This document shows, in pieces, positions 41,558-51,409 of a stretch of DNA of 64,000 nucleotides. Below the pieces are notes generated by a model, which was not told the DNA's origin, did not search any database, and saw nothing but the letters and a program-made list of their open reading frames with translations. The translations under genes were made by a program, and so were the position numbers. This stretch comes from an uncultured bacterium. Its GTDB lineage: Bacteria > Babelota > Babeliae > Babelales > Vermiphilaceae. The stretch's first letter is position 1; every line of letters begins with the position of its first letter. The DNA is taken from assembly GCA_963727255.1 (NCBI GenBank), contig CAVSFC010000002.1:672001-736000 (forward strand). The letters run 5' to 3'.

Positions 41558-42688
41558 TTACTTATAATTTGGGTTTTTCTTTGCATTAGCATTCCATGCT
41601 TCAAACCAAGCGTTTCGATCTTGAAATTTTTTAGCTAATTCGTCGTTTGATTTGTTTTTCTTTTCTTTCCAGGCTTTAAATTCTTGTTCTCTTTGCTGAT
41701 TGGTCTTCATTCTCTCTTCAACCGCAAGGTTTCGTGCTTTTTTTCGCGTTTGCATATACCAAGAATCGCCAAGTTTAATAATTTCTTTTTCTGTTTCCTC
41801 TATTTGTTGCCCAACTAGGTTTTTAAAATCAACGAGATCAGAAAGGTCATATGTGAGTTTGCTAATCGACCAATTTTTTTGTTTATTCGCAAATGTTCTG
41901 TTGAGTCGTTCTTTTTTTTCTGAGGCCTCATTATGATCAGATGGGCTCATGGGCGTCTTATTATAAAGAGGTTTGATTTTTTTTTCATATTCAGATTGCA
42001 AACTATCTATCTCACAATCAATGCCATAGAGGTCTTCCAATTCGCCCCGTTTTTCTTGCCGTGTTTTGAAATTTGTTCTACGAAGGTATGCCTCGAACCA
42101 AGCATTCCGTTCTTGAGCGACTTTATTTTTAGTAGCATATTCTTCTTGCCAGTCTTTAAACTCAGTTTCAGGATCTTTCGCAATTTTGTTGCGTTCTTTT
42201 TTTTGTAAGTTTTGTACATCTTTTTTTAATTTTTCATGCCAAGATTCGTGAGGTTTTGGTTGAGCAATATAATTTTCTTTTGAGGATTCTTTGATAGCTG
42301 GTTGTAATATATCTTTGTTAAAAAAATCCAAGCTCGTTATCATATAATGTTTAGAAAAACCCCACTTTGATTGTTTTTCCATAAATACTTTTTCAAGCTT
42401 ATCTTTATCTTTTTGCAAATCGCTTGCAAGATTAGAGTTTAATTGTTCTACAGGTTGATTTAGCACATTATAAATTTTAGCTATATTTTCAGCTTCTACT
42501 TCAATCTTTTGTAAACGTTCAAGTTCTTCTTGCGCAGCCACCATTTTTGCAGGATTCATTTTCCAATGATACGTTCTTTGAGCTGCTCGAATCCATGCAA
42601 ATGGATTAAAAAATGATGCTATGTCTGCTGATGCCGGCATGGCAACCAGAAGCGCCAAGCACAGTACTGAAAGTTTTATAAATTTCAT
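41558..42688 (-). CDS. Exported coiled-coil protein with internal duplication
   Basis: Signal peptide; E.EFK.W...RNAWFEA occurs twice. Confidence 0.7.
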   Translation of the reverse strand: MKFIKLSVLCLALLVAMPASADIASFFNPFAWIRAAQRTYHWKMNPAKMVAAQEELERLQKIEVEAENIAKIYNVLNQPVEQLNSNLASDLQKDKDKLEKVFMEKQSKWGFSKHYMITSLDFFNKDILQPAIKESSKENYIAQPKPHESWHEKLKKDVQNLQKKERNKIAKDPETEFKDWQEEYATKNKVAQERNAWFEAYLRRTNFKTRQEKRGELEDLYGIDCEIDSLQSEYEKKIKPLYNKTPMSPSDHNEASEKKERLNRTFANKQKNWSISKLTYDLSDLVDFKNLVGQQIEETEKEIIKLGDSWYMQTRKKARNLAVEERMKTNQQREQEFKAWKEKKNKSNDELAKKFQDRNAWFEAWNANAKKNPNYK

Positions 42689-42793
42689 AAAGCTCCTAGG
42701 CTTACTATTTTTAGGGTTGTATTTTTCTGTTATAAATATATATTTTCGGATAAAAATTAAAAGATGTCAATTCAGAGGATGCTTAAAGATTGG

Positions 42794-43219
42794 TTATCTA
42801 TCTTCTGATGCAGTTTTAATGCCAATTTGATACACCGGATAAATATCGATTATAGTTTCTTGATACGGATGAGCCAGTTTGATTGCATTAATAACATCTT
42901 CAAGCAGTTCTAACGAGCAGATTGTTTCGATGCGCTCTTCAGCGACTGTTTCTAAGTTATTTTCGGTGCCAATAAAAGGATGGGATCCAGAAAGTGGGAT
43001 AAAGCGGCTTGTGCCTTTTGCCGAGAAACTGCCAAACGCATACTGTTCGGTTTTGCCTGCGCCTGCTTTGCCCATCGCTTCTCTGATGGCATCGGCGTGC
43101 GTTTCAGGAACAATCACCACAATGGTTGCATAATTTGATAAGGGATATTCATTAAGTTGCTTCATGCAAAGAGCCTCGGCAAAAATAAACAGAGAGATGA
43201 AAAGTGATACTATTTTCAA
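42794..43219 (-). CDS. YqfO/Nif3 PII-like domain protein with signal-like N-terminus
   Basis: VPETHADAIREAMGKAGAG..Y..SF..G..F.P..GSHPFIG; AHPYQE..IDIYP. Confidence 0.8.
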   Translation of the reverse strand: MKIVSLFISLFIFAEALCMKQLNEYPLSNYATIVVIVPETHADAIREAMGKAGAGKTEQYAFGSFSAKGTSRFIPLSGSHPFIGTENNLETVAEERIETICSLELLEDVINAIKLAHPYQETIIDIYPVYQIGIKTASEDR

Positions 43220-43249
43220 GAATTAAGCCTTTATTAAATGAGCGAAAAA

Positions 43250-43924
43250 TTATTGATCGCAAGGAGCTATCTGTTGCTCAAGTACCCCAATTATAGTATC
43301 AAGAGTTTCAATAAGATTCGGCAACTTATTAATATCAGTAATAAGCTCCATAGGATATTGCCATTTAACTTGAGATTCTATGAACAGTTGCGTGCATTTA
43401 GCGTAAGTTGCTGGTGTGGGTGATTTCTTCAATGCATCCCGATAATGTTTGAGCAAACACTCTGCTTCCCATCTGATCCGTGAACGATCTCTTAAATGTT
43501 CATATTTTTGATTGATATGCTCTTTTTTATTAATTTTTTCGTTAAGAATAATCATTGCATTATTGAGGTCATTAAAATCAAACTTGAGCCTGCTAATATT
43601 CATATTTTTCAAAGGAAGTTGCCATTCTTTGTTCTTGTCTTTTATTTCCTTATTAAATTCCTCAATAACTTCACTTACTTTTCTTTTTTTCAGTAGTTGA
43701 TTCTTAAAATCTTTTTCCATCTTCGTCATATCTTTTCTTGCTTGCGAATAACTTCTTAAAAGTGCTTTCTCTTGCTCAAGTAAATAATCTGAATGCGCAA
43801 TGGCAGAAATTTTCATTGTATCGAGCTGATTCGAAGAATTTATAGATAGATAAGGGGTTTCCATAGCCCTAACCTGAACTGTACAGAAGGCGAATGCCGC
43901 AAGCAAAATATGATATAGTTTCAT
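43250..43924 (-). CDS. Exported coiled-coil hypothetical protein
   Basis: GGAGG RBS before ATG 43924; signal peptide VRA|ME. Confidence 0.7.
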   Translation of the reverse strand: MKLYHILLAAFAFCTVQVRAMETPYLSINSSNQLDTMKISAIAHSDYLLEQEKALLRSYSQARKDMTKMEKDFKNQLLKKRKVSEVIEEFNKEIKDKNKEWQLPLKNMNISRLKFDFNDLNNAMIILNEKINKKEHINQKYEHLRDRSRIRWEAECLLKHYRDALKKSPTPATYAKCTQLFIESQVKWQYPMELITDINKLPNLIETLDTIIGVLEQQIAPCDQ

Positions 43925-44012
43925 GAGAACCTCCAAAAAAATATTCTATATAAACTAGTACTTTACTATTTTGGCATAAAATGCCAATTTGTCAAGTAAA
44001 AATAGATGTTTT

Positions 44013-45140
44013 TTAGCCCAGAAACTTCTTGAAAAACCCTGCAATGCCTGAATTCCCTTGGGTTGAGGTGCCTATTTCACGGGAGTATTCCCCCAGGAGC
44101 TCTTTTGCTTTTTCAGAGAGCTTTTTAGGAATATCGCAGTTGGTGATTACCACTAAGTTGCCCCGACCGGAGCCGCGCAGCTTAGGAAACCCTTTACCGG
44201 CAATAATAATCTTTTCGCCGACTGGGCAACCTTTGCTCACCTTAATAGTTTCTTTAGTGCCATCAATATTTTCTATCTCTACCTGGCTGCCAAAAACGAG
44301 CTGCGGATAGGTGAGGACCACCGTGCACTGAAGATCATCATCAACACGCTTAAAGTGCTTATCTGGTTGAACGGTGACCTTTAAAAAGAGATCGCCGGAT
44401 GATCCGCCATAGACTCCTGCATCCCCTTTGCCGGCGATGCGCAGTTCGGCCCCATCAAAAATGCCTGCCGGAATGGTAACGCTAAATTTATCATACACTT
44501 GTTTGCGGGATTGCCCATTGCAGGTTGGGCACGGGGATGGAATAGTAAAACCTTGTCCACCGCAGGATGAACAGGTTTGCGAATACATAAAAAAGCCTTG
44601 GCTATAATGGACTTGCCCTGCACCTTTGCAGGTTGCGCATACTTGCGGTTTAGTGCCGGCTTTTGTTCCTTTGCCTTTGCAGGTATCACAGATCTCAAAA
44701 TGATAGTAGCTAATCTCTTGTTTTAGACCCGTGTATGATTCTTTGAGGGTGATGCTAATATCTTTGTGCAGGTCATGGCCGCGGCGCGGTTCTGGGCCTG
44801 TTTTTTTTCGTGTTCTGCGTTGGTCGCCAAAAATATCACCAAAAATATCGCCAAAATTCGCAAAAATATCATCCATATTCATGCCACCAGGGCCATGGCC
44901 GAATCCACCTTGTTGGCCCATGCCGGCATGCCCAAATTGATCATAGGTTTTACGTTTTTGGGCATCAGAAAGGACTTCATAGGCCTCAGCTGCTTCTTTA
45001 AATTTTTCTTCAGCTTCCTTATTGCCCGGATTGCGATCAGGGTGGTATTTTAAGGCTAACTTGCGGTAAGCGGCTTTAATCTCATCAGTGGTTGCCGAGC
45101 GAGGAACGCCGAGCACCTCATAAAAATCTTTTTTGCTCAT
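44013..45140 (-). CDS. dnaJ: Molecular chaperone DnaJ
   Basis: HPD J-domain, G/F region, CxxCxGxG zinc-finger repeats. Confidence 0.97.
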   Translation of the reverse strand: MSKKDFYEVLGVPRSATTDEIKAAYRKLALKYHPDRNPGNKEAEEKFKEAAEAYEVLSDAQKRKTYDQFGHAGMGQQGGFGHGPGGMNMDDIFANFGDIFGDIFGDQRRTRKKTGPEPRRGHDLHKDISITLKESYTGLKQEISYYHFEICDTCKGKGTKAGTKPQVCATCKGAGQVHYSQGFFMYSQTCSSCGGQGFTIPSPCPTCNGQSRKQVYDKFSVTIPAGIFDGAELRIAGKGDAGVYGGSSGDLFLKVTVQPDKHFKRVDDDLQCTVVLTYPQLVFGSQVEIENIDGTKETIKVSKGCPVGEKIIIAGKGFPKLRGSGRGNLVVITNCDIPKKLSEKAKELLGEYSREIGTSTQGNSGIAGFFKKFLG

Positions 45141-45221
45141 GATTGGGTACTTTTATACATTGATAGGGTTGCGATACGTTTGGATTTATACGGTAGTATA
45201 TCATAAAAATAAGGAAAAAGT

Positions 45222-45620
45222 ATGAACTCTGCAAGTAAAAAGCTCTATCAATCTTGGCTTATTCTGCGAATTACTTATGGGACTCTTTTTATTCTGGTAG
45301 GGGCAGACAAATTTTTTAACCTGCTTACCAACTGGCAGCAGTTTATTGGTGCCACAACTAATCACTTTTTGCCTATCGATCCATCACTTCTTCTCAAATT
45401 AGTTGGTGTCATTCAAATTTCTGCCGGTCTGCTTCTTTTTACTCAATGGATTAAATACGGCATTTATCTTATTCTGGCTCTGCTCCTGGTTATTTTTATT
45501 AATCTATTCTCAGTGCCCATACCGCTCCTTGTTATTGGCCATGATTTAGGAATGATTGTAGGCATTATTGTGCTATGGAATTTAACTTTGCTACACGAAA
45601 ATAAAGTTTACCTACAATGA
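45222..45620 (+). CDS. DoxX-like membrane protein
   Basis: LRITYG..FILVGADKFFNLLTNW; four TM helices. Confidence 0.75.
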   Translation: MNSASKKLYQSWLILRITYGTLFILVGADKFFNLLTNWQQFIGATTNHFLPIDPSLLLKLVGVIQISAGLLLFTQWIKYGIYLILALLLVIFINLFSVPIPLLVIGHDLGMIVGIIVLWNLTLLHENKVYLQ

Positions 45621-45629
45621 GGAGTTCTT

Positions 45630-46034
45630 ATGAATATTTCTCAATCTACCTATGATAAAGTGATGCAATCTTGGTGGTTGCTTAAGGTAACGTATGGTCT
45701 TTTCTTTATCATTGCCGGTGCTGATAAATTTATGAATCTGGTAACCGATTGGTCAAAATATGTTTCTCCACTAGTGCTCAAAATGTTTTCTGTAAATGCG
45801 CAGCAGTTTATTTGGGGGGTTGGCATTATAGAAATAATTATTGGTTTAGCTATCTTGCTTTTCGCGACTAGGGTCGGAGCATATTTGGCAATGTCCTGGC
45901 TGCTCATTATCGTGTTTAACTTGCTGGCCACGCATGGATTTTATGATATTGCTGTCCGCGATACCGTTATGGCCATGGGCGCATTAGTTTTAGCAATGCT
46001 TACCGAAGCACAAGAAGAATTGCGCTCAATATAG
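45630..46034 (+). CDS. DoxX-like membrane protein, tandem paralog
   Basis: LKVTYG.FFIIAGADKF.NL.TDW..Y; YDIAVRD. Confidence 0.8.
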   Translation: MNISQSTYDKVMQSWWLLKVTYGLFFIIAGADKFMNLVTDWSKYVSPLVLKMFSVNAQQFIWGVGIIEIIIGLAILLFATRVGAYLAMSWLLIIVFNLLATHGFYDIAVRDTVMAMGALVLAMLTEAQEELRSI

Positions 46035-46039
46035 TAATA

Positions 46040-47056
46040 TTAACTTGATATGGGTTCAATGCGTTTCGGTTTTTTCTTTCCCATATTGGTATTATAGGTA
46101 TTGAGAATTCCCAAAACTTCACTAAGGCCTATGCGTGATCTACTAAACAAAATAAACGTTGGCTGCAAGCGAGGCTCAAATTTTTTCCAAAAGCGTTGCC
46201 GATCGTTCAATTTAAATATTTTTTTTGCTACTTGATAGGATTTGCGGACAAGCCATTCAGTAGTGGCCCCAACACCTTTGATCTCGCCTACCGTAGGAGC
46301 TGGTGAAGGTCCGGTCGAAAAGAATTGGCAGCCTTCCTTACGCAAGATATCAAACGCCGATAATAAAATTACTTCGGAAGTAAATTTAGGAGCTTCAGGA
46401 GTAATTCTTAAGATATTTAATACCCAACCATTATGCGCATCGATTCGATTGATAACTAAAAAGCCCAGAATAATCCCATTTTGTTCCGCATAAAACCATC
46501 GCTTATTTGAGCGATTAGTGAATATTCCATTATGCGCATAATGCAATTGGAGGCCCTTGCGATTGGCAAGCCATGCCGCACTTAATTGTTCAAGTTTTTC
46601 TTCTAATTCTTGATCGAATCCTGAATATTCTTTTACGACGACTCCATTGCGGATGGCTTGATTATATTTATTGCGGAGTAAGCTTGCATGAGATCCGGTG
46701 CGTGCTTTTGGGTCTTGAGATGGATCAATGATAATTTCTTGGCAAATTTCCAATGCGGTCCAATTCTTTTTATGCTCGAGAATCAACTGCATAAACTTTT
46801 CAGAAGCTGCAAGATAAATAACGGTTTTATTGTGTTCATTGCAATACTCGTGAAATGCATTGGTAAGTTGCTCGATATTTTCCGGTGGACAAACTGGATC
46901 GCATAGTGAAACCGCGCATTTTAGGGTGTCGCGATAACCTATAAACCCCTCCATTGATGGAATAGAAAATCTTTTACATAATGGATCGAACAATGCAATG
47001 GAAGCGGAATTGCCCCATTTCTGGATATAATCAATTAACATATTAGAATCATTCAT
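46040..47056 (-). CDS. Stand-alone aminoacyl-phosphatidylglycerol synthase (MprF C-terminal, DUF2156) domain protein
   Basis: DPVCP, LRNKYNQA.R.GV, W..NILR.P.AP..SE, F.S.G.SP, F.KKFEP; no TM flippase region. Confidence 0.7.
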   Translation of the reverse strand: MNDSNMLIDYIQKWGNSASIALFDPLCKRFSIPSMEGFIGYRDTLKCAVSLCDPVCPPENIEQLTNAFHEYCNEHNKTVIYLAASEKFMQLILEHKKNWTALEICQEIIIDPSQDPKARTGSHASLLRNKYNQAIRNGVVVKEYSGFDQELEEKLEQLSAAWLANRKGLQLHYAHNGIFTNRSNKRWFYAEQNGIILGFLVINRIDAHNGWVLNILRITPEAPKFTSEVILLSAFDILRKEGCQFFSTGPSPAPTVGEIKGVGATTEWLVRKSYQVAKKIFKLNDRQRFWKKFEPRLQPTFILFSRSRIGLSEVLGILNTYNTNMGKKKPKRIEPISS

Positions 47057-47113
47057 AGTCTCCCTTTCCCCTAAGTAATTTTATGGAAGCATATTCTGAT
47101 GCTAAAAAGCAAT

Positions 47114-47147
47114 AAAAAAGGGTGAGCATCTACGCTCACCCGATTTT
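47114..47147 (-). terminator. Rho-independent terminator of the small exported-protein gene
   Basis: aaaaaagggtgagc-atctac-gctcaccc. Confidence 0.75.
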
Positions 47148-47161
47148 ATTAAGTAAAAGCA

Positions 47162-47365
47162 TTATGCCTTTGGTTGCGCGGGGCAATCTTTTTGCGCAGG
47201 TGCAGGTGCAGCGGCTGCAGATTTTTGTCCCGGTTTCATTACTTGTGCAGGAGTTGGCTGAGTTGGTCTTGGTTTTTGGCATCCGCATTTATCTTTTGGC
47301 GCTTCAGCAAGTGCTAAGCTGCCAACCAAAGTACACAGTACTAAAGCAGATTGTAAAAGTTTCAT
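47162..47365 (-). CDS. Small exported Pro/Cys-containing protein
   Basis: AAGGAG RBS, signal peptide ALA|E, own terminator. Confidence 0.7.
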   Translation of the reverse strand: MKLLQSALVLCTLVGSLALAEAPKDKCGCQKPRPTQPTPAQVMKPGQKSAAAAPAPAQKDCPAQPKA

Positions 47366-47455
47366 AAGATCTCCTTAGAATAGTGAGGTGTTAGTAACTT
47401 TTTTTAGAATATTTTTTTTATTGTTAGATCTGCAAGAGTCATCAAGAAAAATATC

Positions 47456-48478
47456 TTATTCTCGCATTAATCCCATATATATAGGATTGGCCACATTCCA
47501 GCATACCAATACTGAGTATAATAATTGATAGGGATCTTCTTTTATATATGCAGGCAGGGGAGGGAATGAGCTACTTGCCTGCTCGAAAAGTTCTCTAATG
47601 TATCGGTCAACAAATGCGTTTCCGGAAGATTGTATAATTTTAAGATCGGCCATCTTTCCTGCTCGATTAAGCGTAAAGTAGACACGCATCGTTGCTTCTA
47701 TCGGTTCATGGGTTTGGCATTTATCACGGTTAATAGCATGAGTATTTTGCAAGCACCATTGAATCTTTGCCAAATACCGTTCGTATTTTAGTTGTTCAGC
47801 AGTTGGCATTTTATTAGGATCTCCGCCAATAGTTTTGATGAGATTTTCACCCTCTTGCTTGAGTTGCTCTAAATACCCACGCGTGATGGTTGCTAATGCT
47901 TTTTGCGCTTGGCGTTTTTTAGCTGAGATTTTGTGAGTTTTTTGGGATGACTTTGGTTGTTCTAAATGTAAATTTTCTTTTGATTCGGCTAGATTATTTT
48001 GGATGGATTCTGATTGTGATTCACGTTCGTGGTGAGTGGCACCGGAGTGATCGTACCTGTCCGATATAGCTCTGGAAGAGCGACGGCTGGATCGAATCAT
48101 AGAAGTTTCATCTTCTGATTGTTGTGCATCATCATTTTCACTCTCCACTAATTCATCTGACCGGGATTCTTCATCGGTAACCCCAATAGTTTCATCTGGC
48201 ATCTCCATAGAGGCGTCAAGGGTGCTAGCCCTTGGTTTAAGTTCTGCCCACGAATTATCTTCTTGCGTAATCTGAGGTATCGGCTGTTGAATTTCAGGAT
48301 GAGTCTGTGGTGTTTCAGCAAAAACAGTTTCAGGGGTAGCAATGGCAGTTTTGGTGGTATCAAAATATACCCATTCATGCTCAGGAGAATTATAAAGAAT
48401 TAATAAGAGTATGAGTACTAAAATATGAAGCAGGAGCGAAATGCTTATAATGCGTATTTTTCTTGCCCGTAGATTCAT
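47456..48478 (-). CDS. TonB/TolA-like protein (N-terminal anchor, C-terminal TonB_C-like domain)
   Basis: ISLLLHIL TM helix with SHLS-like His; F.LNR.G...L.I.QSSG...VD...A..FPPLP. Confidence 0.75.
   Translation of the reverse strand: MNLRARKIRIISISLLLHILVLILLLILYNSPEHEWVYFDTTKTAIATPETVFAETPQTHPEIQQPIPQITQEDNSWAELKPRASTLDASMEMPDETIGVTDEESRSDELVESENDDAQQSEDETSMIRSSRRSSRAISDRYDHSGATHHERESQSESIQNNLAESKENLHLEQPKSSQKTHKISAKKRQAQKALATITRGYLEQLKQEGENLIKTIGGDPNKMPTAEQLKYERYLAKIQWCLQNTHAINRDKCQTHEPIEATMRVYFTLNRAGKMADLKIIQSSGNAFVDRYIRELFEQASSSFPPLPAYIKEDPYQLLYSVLVCWNVANPIYMGLMRE
48023..48100. repeat. REP-like element with nested mini-element lying in-frame within the TonB-like gene
   Basis: cgttcgtggtgagtg..atcgta[cctgtccg..ggctgga]tcgaatcat matches the ends of the 32410/32621 REP; 78 bp = 26 codons. 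Confidence 0.8.
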
Positions 48479-48564
48479 ATTCTGCCTTTTTTAATCAGAA
48501 AACTATTAGCACCAGTCTAGGGCATTTGTAAACGAGCTGCTAGTTTTTTTACGGCGCATCTGAT

Positions 48565-50016
48565 TTATGATAAATCAGCTCCGGTTTGCGGATGTTTTAA
48601 ATGATAATCTTGTTTGCTTCCGGTGATATCATTACGATAATACACTTGCCGCGGTTGTTCCCAATATTTTGAATAGCTGCCTCCTTTTTCTTGCCCATTA
48701 CCTTGGGCCACATAGATCAAATCATTAACGATTGCATTATGGCGCGGAGGAAGCCCGAGCCCCTTAATTCCCTTGAATGCGTTGTATAATTTATCAAGGA
48801 CTTTTTGAGCTGCATCTTTTCCGTTAAATATATAGACCACAAAATATGGCATGATGATTTTATTTTCCTGATCACCGATAAGTATTGGTGCTATGCGAAC
48901 CTTAAATCCGCCCACAAGATTTTGCAGTTCACTATCGCTCATTAAGAGTTTTATAAACCGATCGGTAAAACTCATAAGCGATTCCCAAGAATCCTCGGGC
49001 ATAGAATGAATTTTGTATGTTTTAACTAACTTTTGCGCTATTTCAGGATTTTGATAATTCCTTATATAATCATCAAGGAGGGCAGAAGAGCGAGGGCCTT
49101 TGAGATAGTCGGGCGAAAGAAAATGAACATAGCCGTCATCAGAAAATTTTATTCTGGCAGTGCCGTCAGAAGTTGACCAATTTTGATCAGTCTTGGCATC
49201 GCTTTTTAAAAAATTATCGGTTTTTGCAAGAGCAACTAATTGATCATATTTTTTCTTTATTATATTGTCATCGGTTACATGTCCCGAAGTAAATTGTTTA
49301 TATGATTTAGAATATGCTTTTATTTCTTCAGCCGATTTTTGAATGAGTTGATCGTAAAACTCATCAGCTTTTTGTTTATCCCACCCAGGATGCAAGTGTA
49401 TGATATCTTGGGAAAGAAATGGCTGTACGTTGCGATCGTTAATATTTACTTCTTCTATGACATCTGCAAGTTCGTTCATAAGTTGCCATTCTTCTTCAAT
49501 CGGTTTTTTCACGTATTTACCACAAATAAAATCAGTTTTTAATGTGTAATAGGTGTAGCGGCCATAGAATCCTATGCCTGTTTTTGATTCGATAGAGATC
49601 ATTGCGGTAATTTCTTGGGTGTTCTTGTGTTTTGTGCATGATTGAATTTGATCAAGTGCCTCATGAATAGGAAATTTTAAGGGCTCTTTTTGTCCCAAAG
49701 TTTGAGGCAAGTAAATTAATAGTTCGTAAACGGCGGTGCCATTATTTAAAACCGCAGTTTTTGCCTCTTCACGCTTTTGAATAAGTTTTACCGTTTCTAG
49801 AGTAATTTCCTGTTCGGGTGCGAATGGCCGTTTTTGAACGGCTCGATCAAAATCATGCACCTGACGCACTTCAATCTCGAGTGGATAAGTACTTTTATTA
49901 ATGATATGAACCGGACCTGCTTTGAAGATTTTGATATCTTTTTCATCGGCGATCGTAATACTACTCGATCCAATAAAAAATAAAACCAAACTTATATTCA
50001 AATGCTTCATGACCAT
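48565..50016 (-). CDS. Exported hypothetical protein, possible phosphothreonine-lyase-like C-terminal domain
   Basis: 483 aa; signal peptide; YKIH..FKV..FVVY motif order. Confidence 0.55.
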   Translation of the reverse strand: MVMKHLNISLVLFFIGSSSITIADEKDIKIFKAGPVHIINKSTYPLEIEVRQVHDFDRAVQKRPFAPEQEITLETVKLIQKREEAKTAVLNNGTAVYELLIYLPQTLGQKEPLKFPIHEALDQIQSCTKHKNTQEITAMISIESKTGIGFYGRYTYYTLKTDFICGKYVKKPIEEEWQLMNELADVIEEVNINDRNVQPFLSQDIIHLHPGWDKQKADEFYDQLIQKSAEEIKAYSKSYKQFTSGHVTDDNIIKKKYDQLVALAKTDNFLKSDAKTDQNWSTSDGTARIKFSDDGYVHFLSPDYLKGPRSSALLDDYIRNYQNPEIAQKLVKTYKIHSMPEDSWESLMSFTDRFIKLLMSDSELQNLVGGFKVRIAPILIGDQENKIIMPYFVVYIFNGKDAAQKVLDKLYNAFKGIKGLGLPPRHNAIVNDLIYVAQGNGQEKGGSYSKYWEQPRQVYYRNDITGSKQDYHLKHPQTGADLS

Positions 50017-50144
50017 CTTCCCTTTAGAATTTTCTTTATAGTAAGATATATTGTATTGTAAATGGGGATGTTTCTAAAAAACAATAACTGCGAAATTAAT
50101 AAAAGTTAGATGGATTTTAAGATTTTGAGAGGTATAAATAAAGT

Positions 50145-50768
50145 ATGGGGAAAAAATATTTTTTATGGAGCATTCTGCTTATTGGATATAGTTCTTTACT
50201 AAGTATGGGCGAATTCGATTTTTTATTAACTTTGACTTCCAAAGATCTTGATGAAAAGAGAAGAAAGGTTTATATATCAGCGGCTCATGATAATTCTAAG
50301 CAATTTATGCCAATTTTTGATGACTATCTGCAAACAATCGATTTAGAAAAATCTCTACAAGAAATTACTATACCGCATAATAAAGAACCTCAAACAACTT
50401 ATGTTAAGAGGTTAATTAGCCATTTGCGATCTTCGATTTATCCAACGCTGTATAATGCGATTGCAGTAGGAAACTATAAAATTGCAAAACTGCTACTGAT
50501 TCGATCTCCCACATTAAATTTGAAAAATGATCCAGGAAATTTTTTGCATATGATTTGCACTGGCAAATGGCATGAAAATGAAATAAAAACAAGAGAGATA
50601 ATCGATCTTTTACTCAAAGCAAAGATTGATATTAATCGAAAAAGAGAATCTAAGACTGCCCTTGATATTGCTGATGGTACAGAGCAATATGGGGATAAAT
50701 TTTCAGCCCCCGTTTCTATCCAAGAATTTTTGAAAAAAAAAGGAGCAAAAAGAGCTTCTGAATTATGA
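50145..50768 (+). CDS. Exported ankyrin-repeat protein
   Basis: TLYNAIAVGNYKIAKLLL, FLHMIC, LLKAKIDINRK..TALDIA. Confidence 0.75.
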   Translation: MGKKYFLWSILLIGYSSLLSMGEFDFLLTLTSKDLDEKRRKVYISAAHDNSKQFMPIFDDYLQTIDLEKSLQEITIPHNKEPQTTYVKRLISHLRSSIYPTLYNAIAVGNYKIAKLLLIRSPTLNLKNDPGNFLHMICTGKWHENEIKTREIIDLLLKAKIDINRKRESKTALDIADGTEQYGDKFSAPVSIQEFLKKKGAKRASEL

Positions 50769-51346
50769 AGATATTAAAACGAGCCTTTTATGAACGCGAT
50801 ACAGCATTAGTTGCTCAAGAATTATTGGGCAAAGTTATTGTGCGCACAATTGACGCTACAACAATTCTTAAAGGCCGCATTGTAGAAACCGAAGCATATA
50901 TAGGCATTCATGATCAAGCAAGCCATGCGTATGGTGGCAAACGCACTCGAAACTCGCCTCTTTTTGGATCGGTCGGGCATGCCTATGTCTATTTTATTTA
51001 TGGCATGTATTTTTGCTTAAATTTCGTTTCACGAGCCAAAGGAATTCCGGCAGGCGGGGTATTAATTCGTGCTATCCAACCGCTTGAAGGGATTGAGTAT
51101 ATGCAGCATAAACGGAACACGCATAAATTGCAGGCACTCACGAGTGGCCCCGGAAAACTCACCAAAGCATTTTCAATCGATAGAACTTTGAATGGAATTG
51201 ACGTGACCAAGAAAGGCCCATTATTTGTAATCGACACTCCGGATATTCCTAAGAATGAGATCATAGCAACTGGGCGCGTTGGAGTTTCAAAAGCGGCTCA
51301 TGAATTGCTGAGATATTATATTAAGGGAAATCAGTTTGTATCATGA
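50765..51346 (+). CDS. mpg: DNA-3-methyladenine glycosylase (MPG/AAG family)
   Basis: VAQELLGK, GRIVETEAY, YVYFIYGMYFCLN, VLIRA, GPGKLT, RVGVS. Confidence 0.93.
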   Translation: MKILKRAFYERDTALVAQELLGKVIVRTIDATTILKGRIVETEAYIGIHDQASHAYGGKRTRNSPLFGSVGHAYVYFIYGMYFCLNFVSRAKGIPAGGVLIRAIQPLEGIEYMQHKRNTHKLQALTSGPGKLTKAFSIDRTLNGIDVTKKGPLFVIDTPDIPKNEIIATGRVGVSKAAHELLRYYIKGNQFVS

Positions 51347-51409
51347 TGTTAATTTTAACGCAATACATCGAATTGATTACCTTTGTCTAATGTTATTTGC
51401 TCAAACTTT

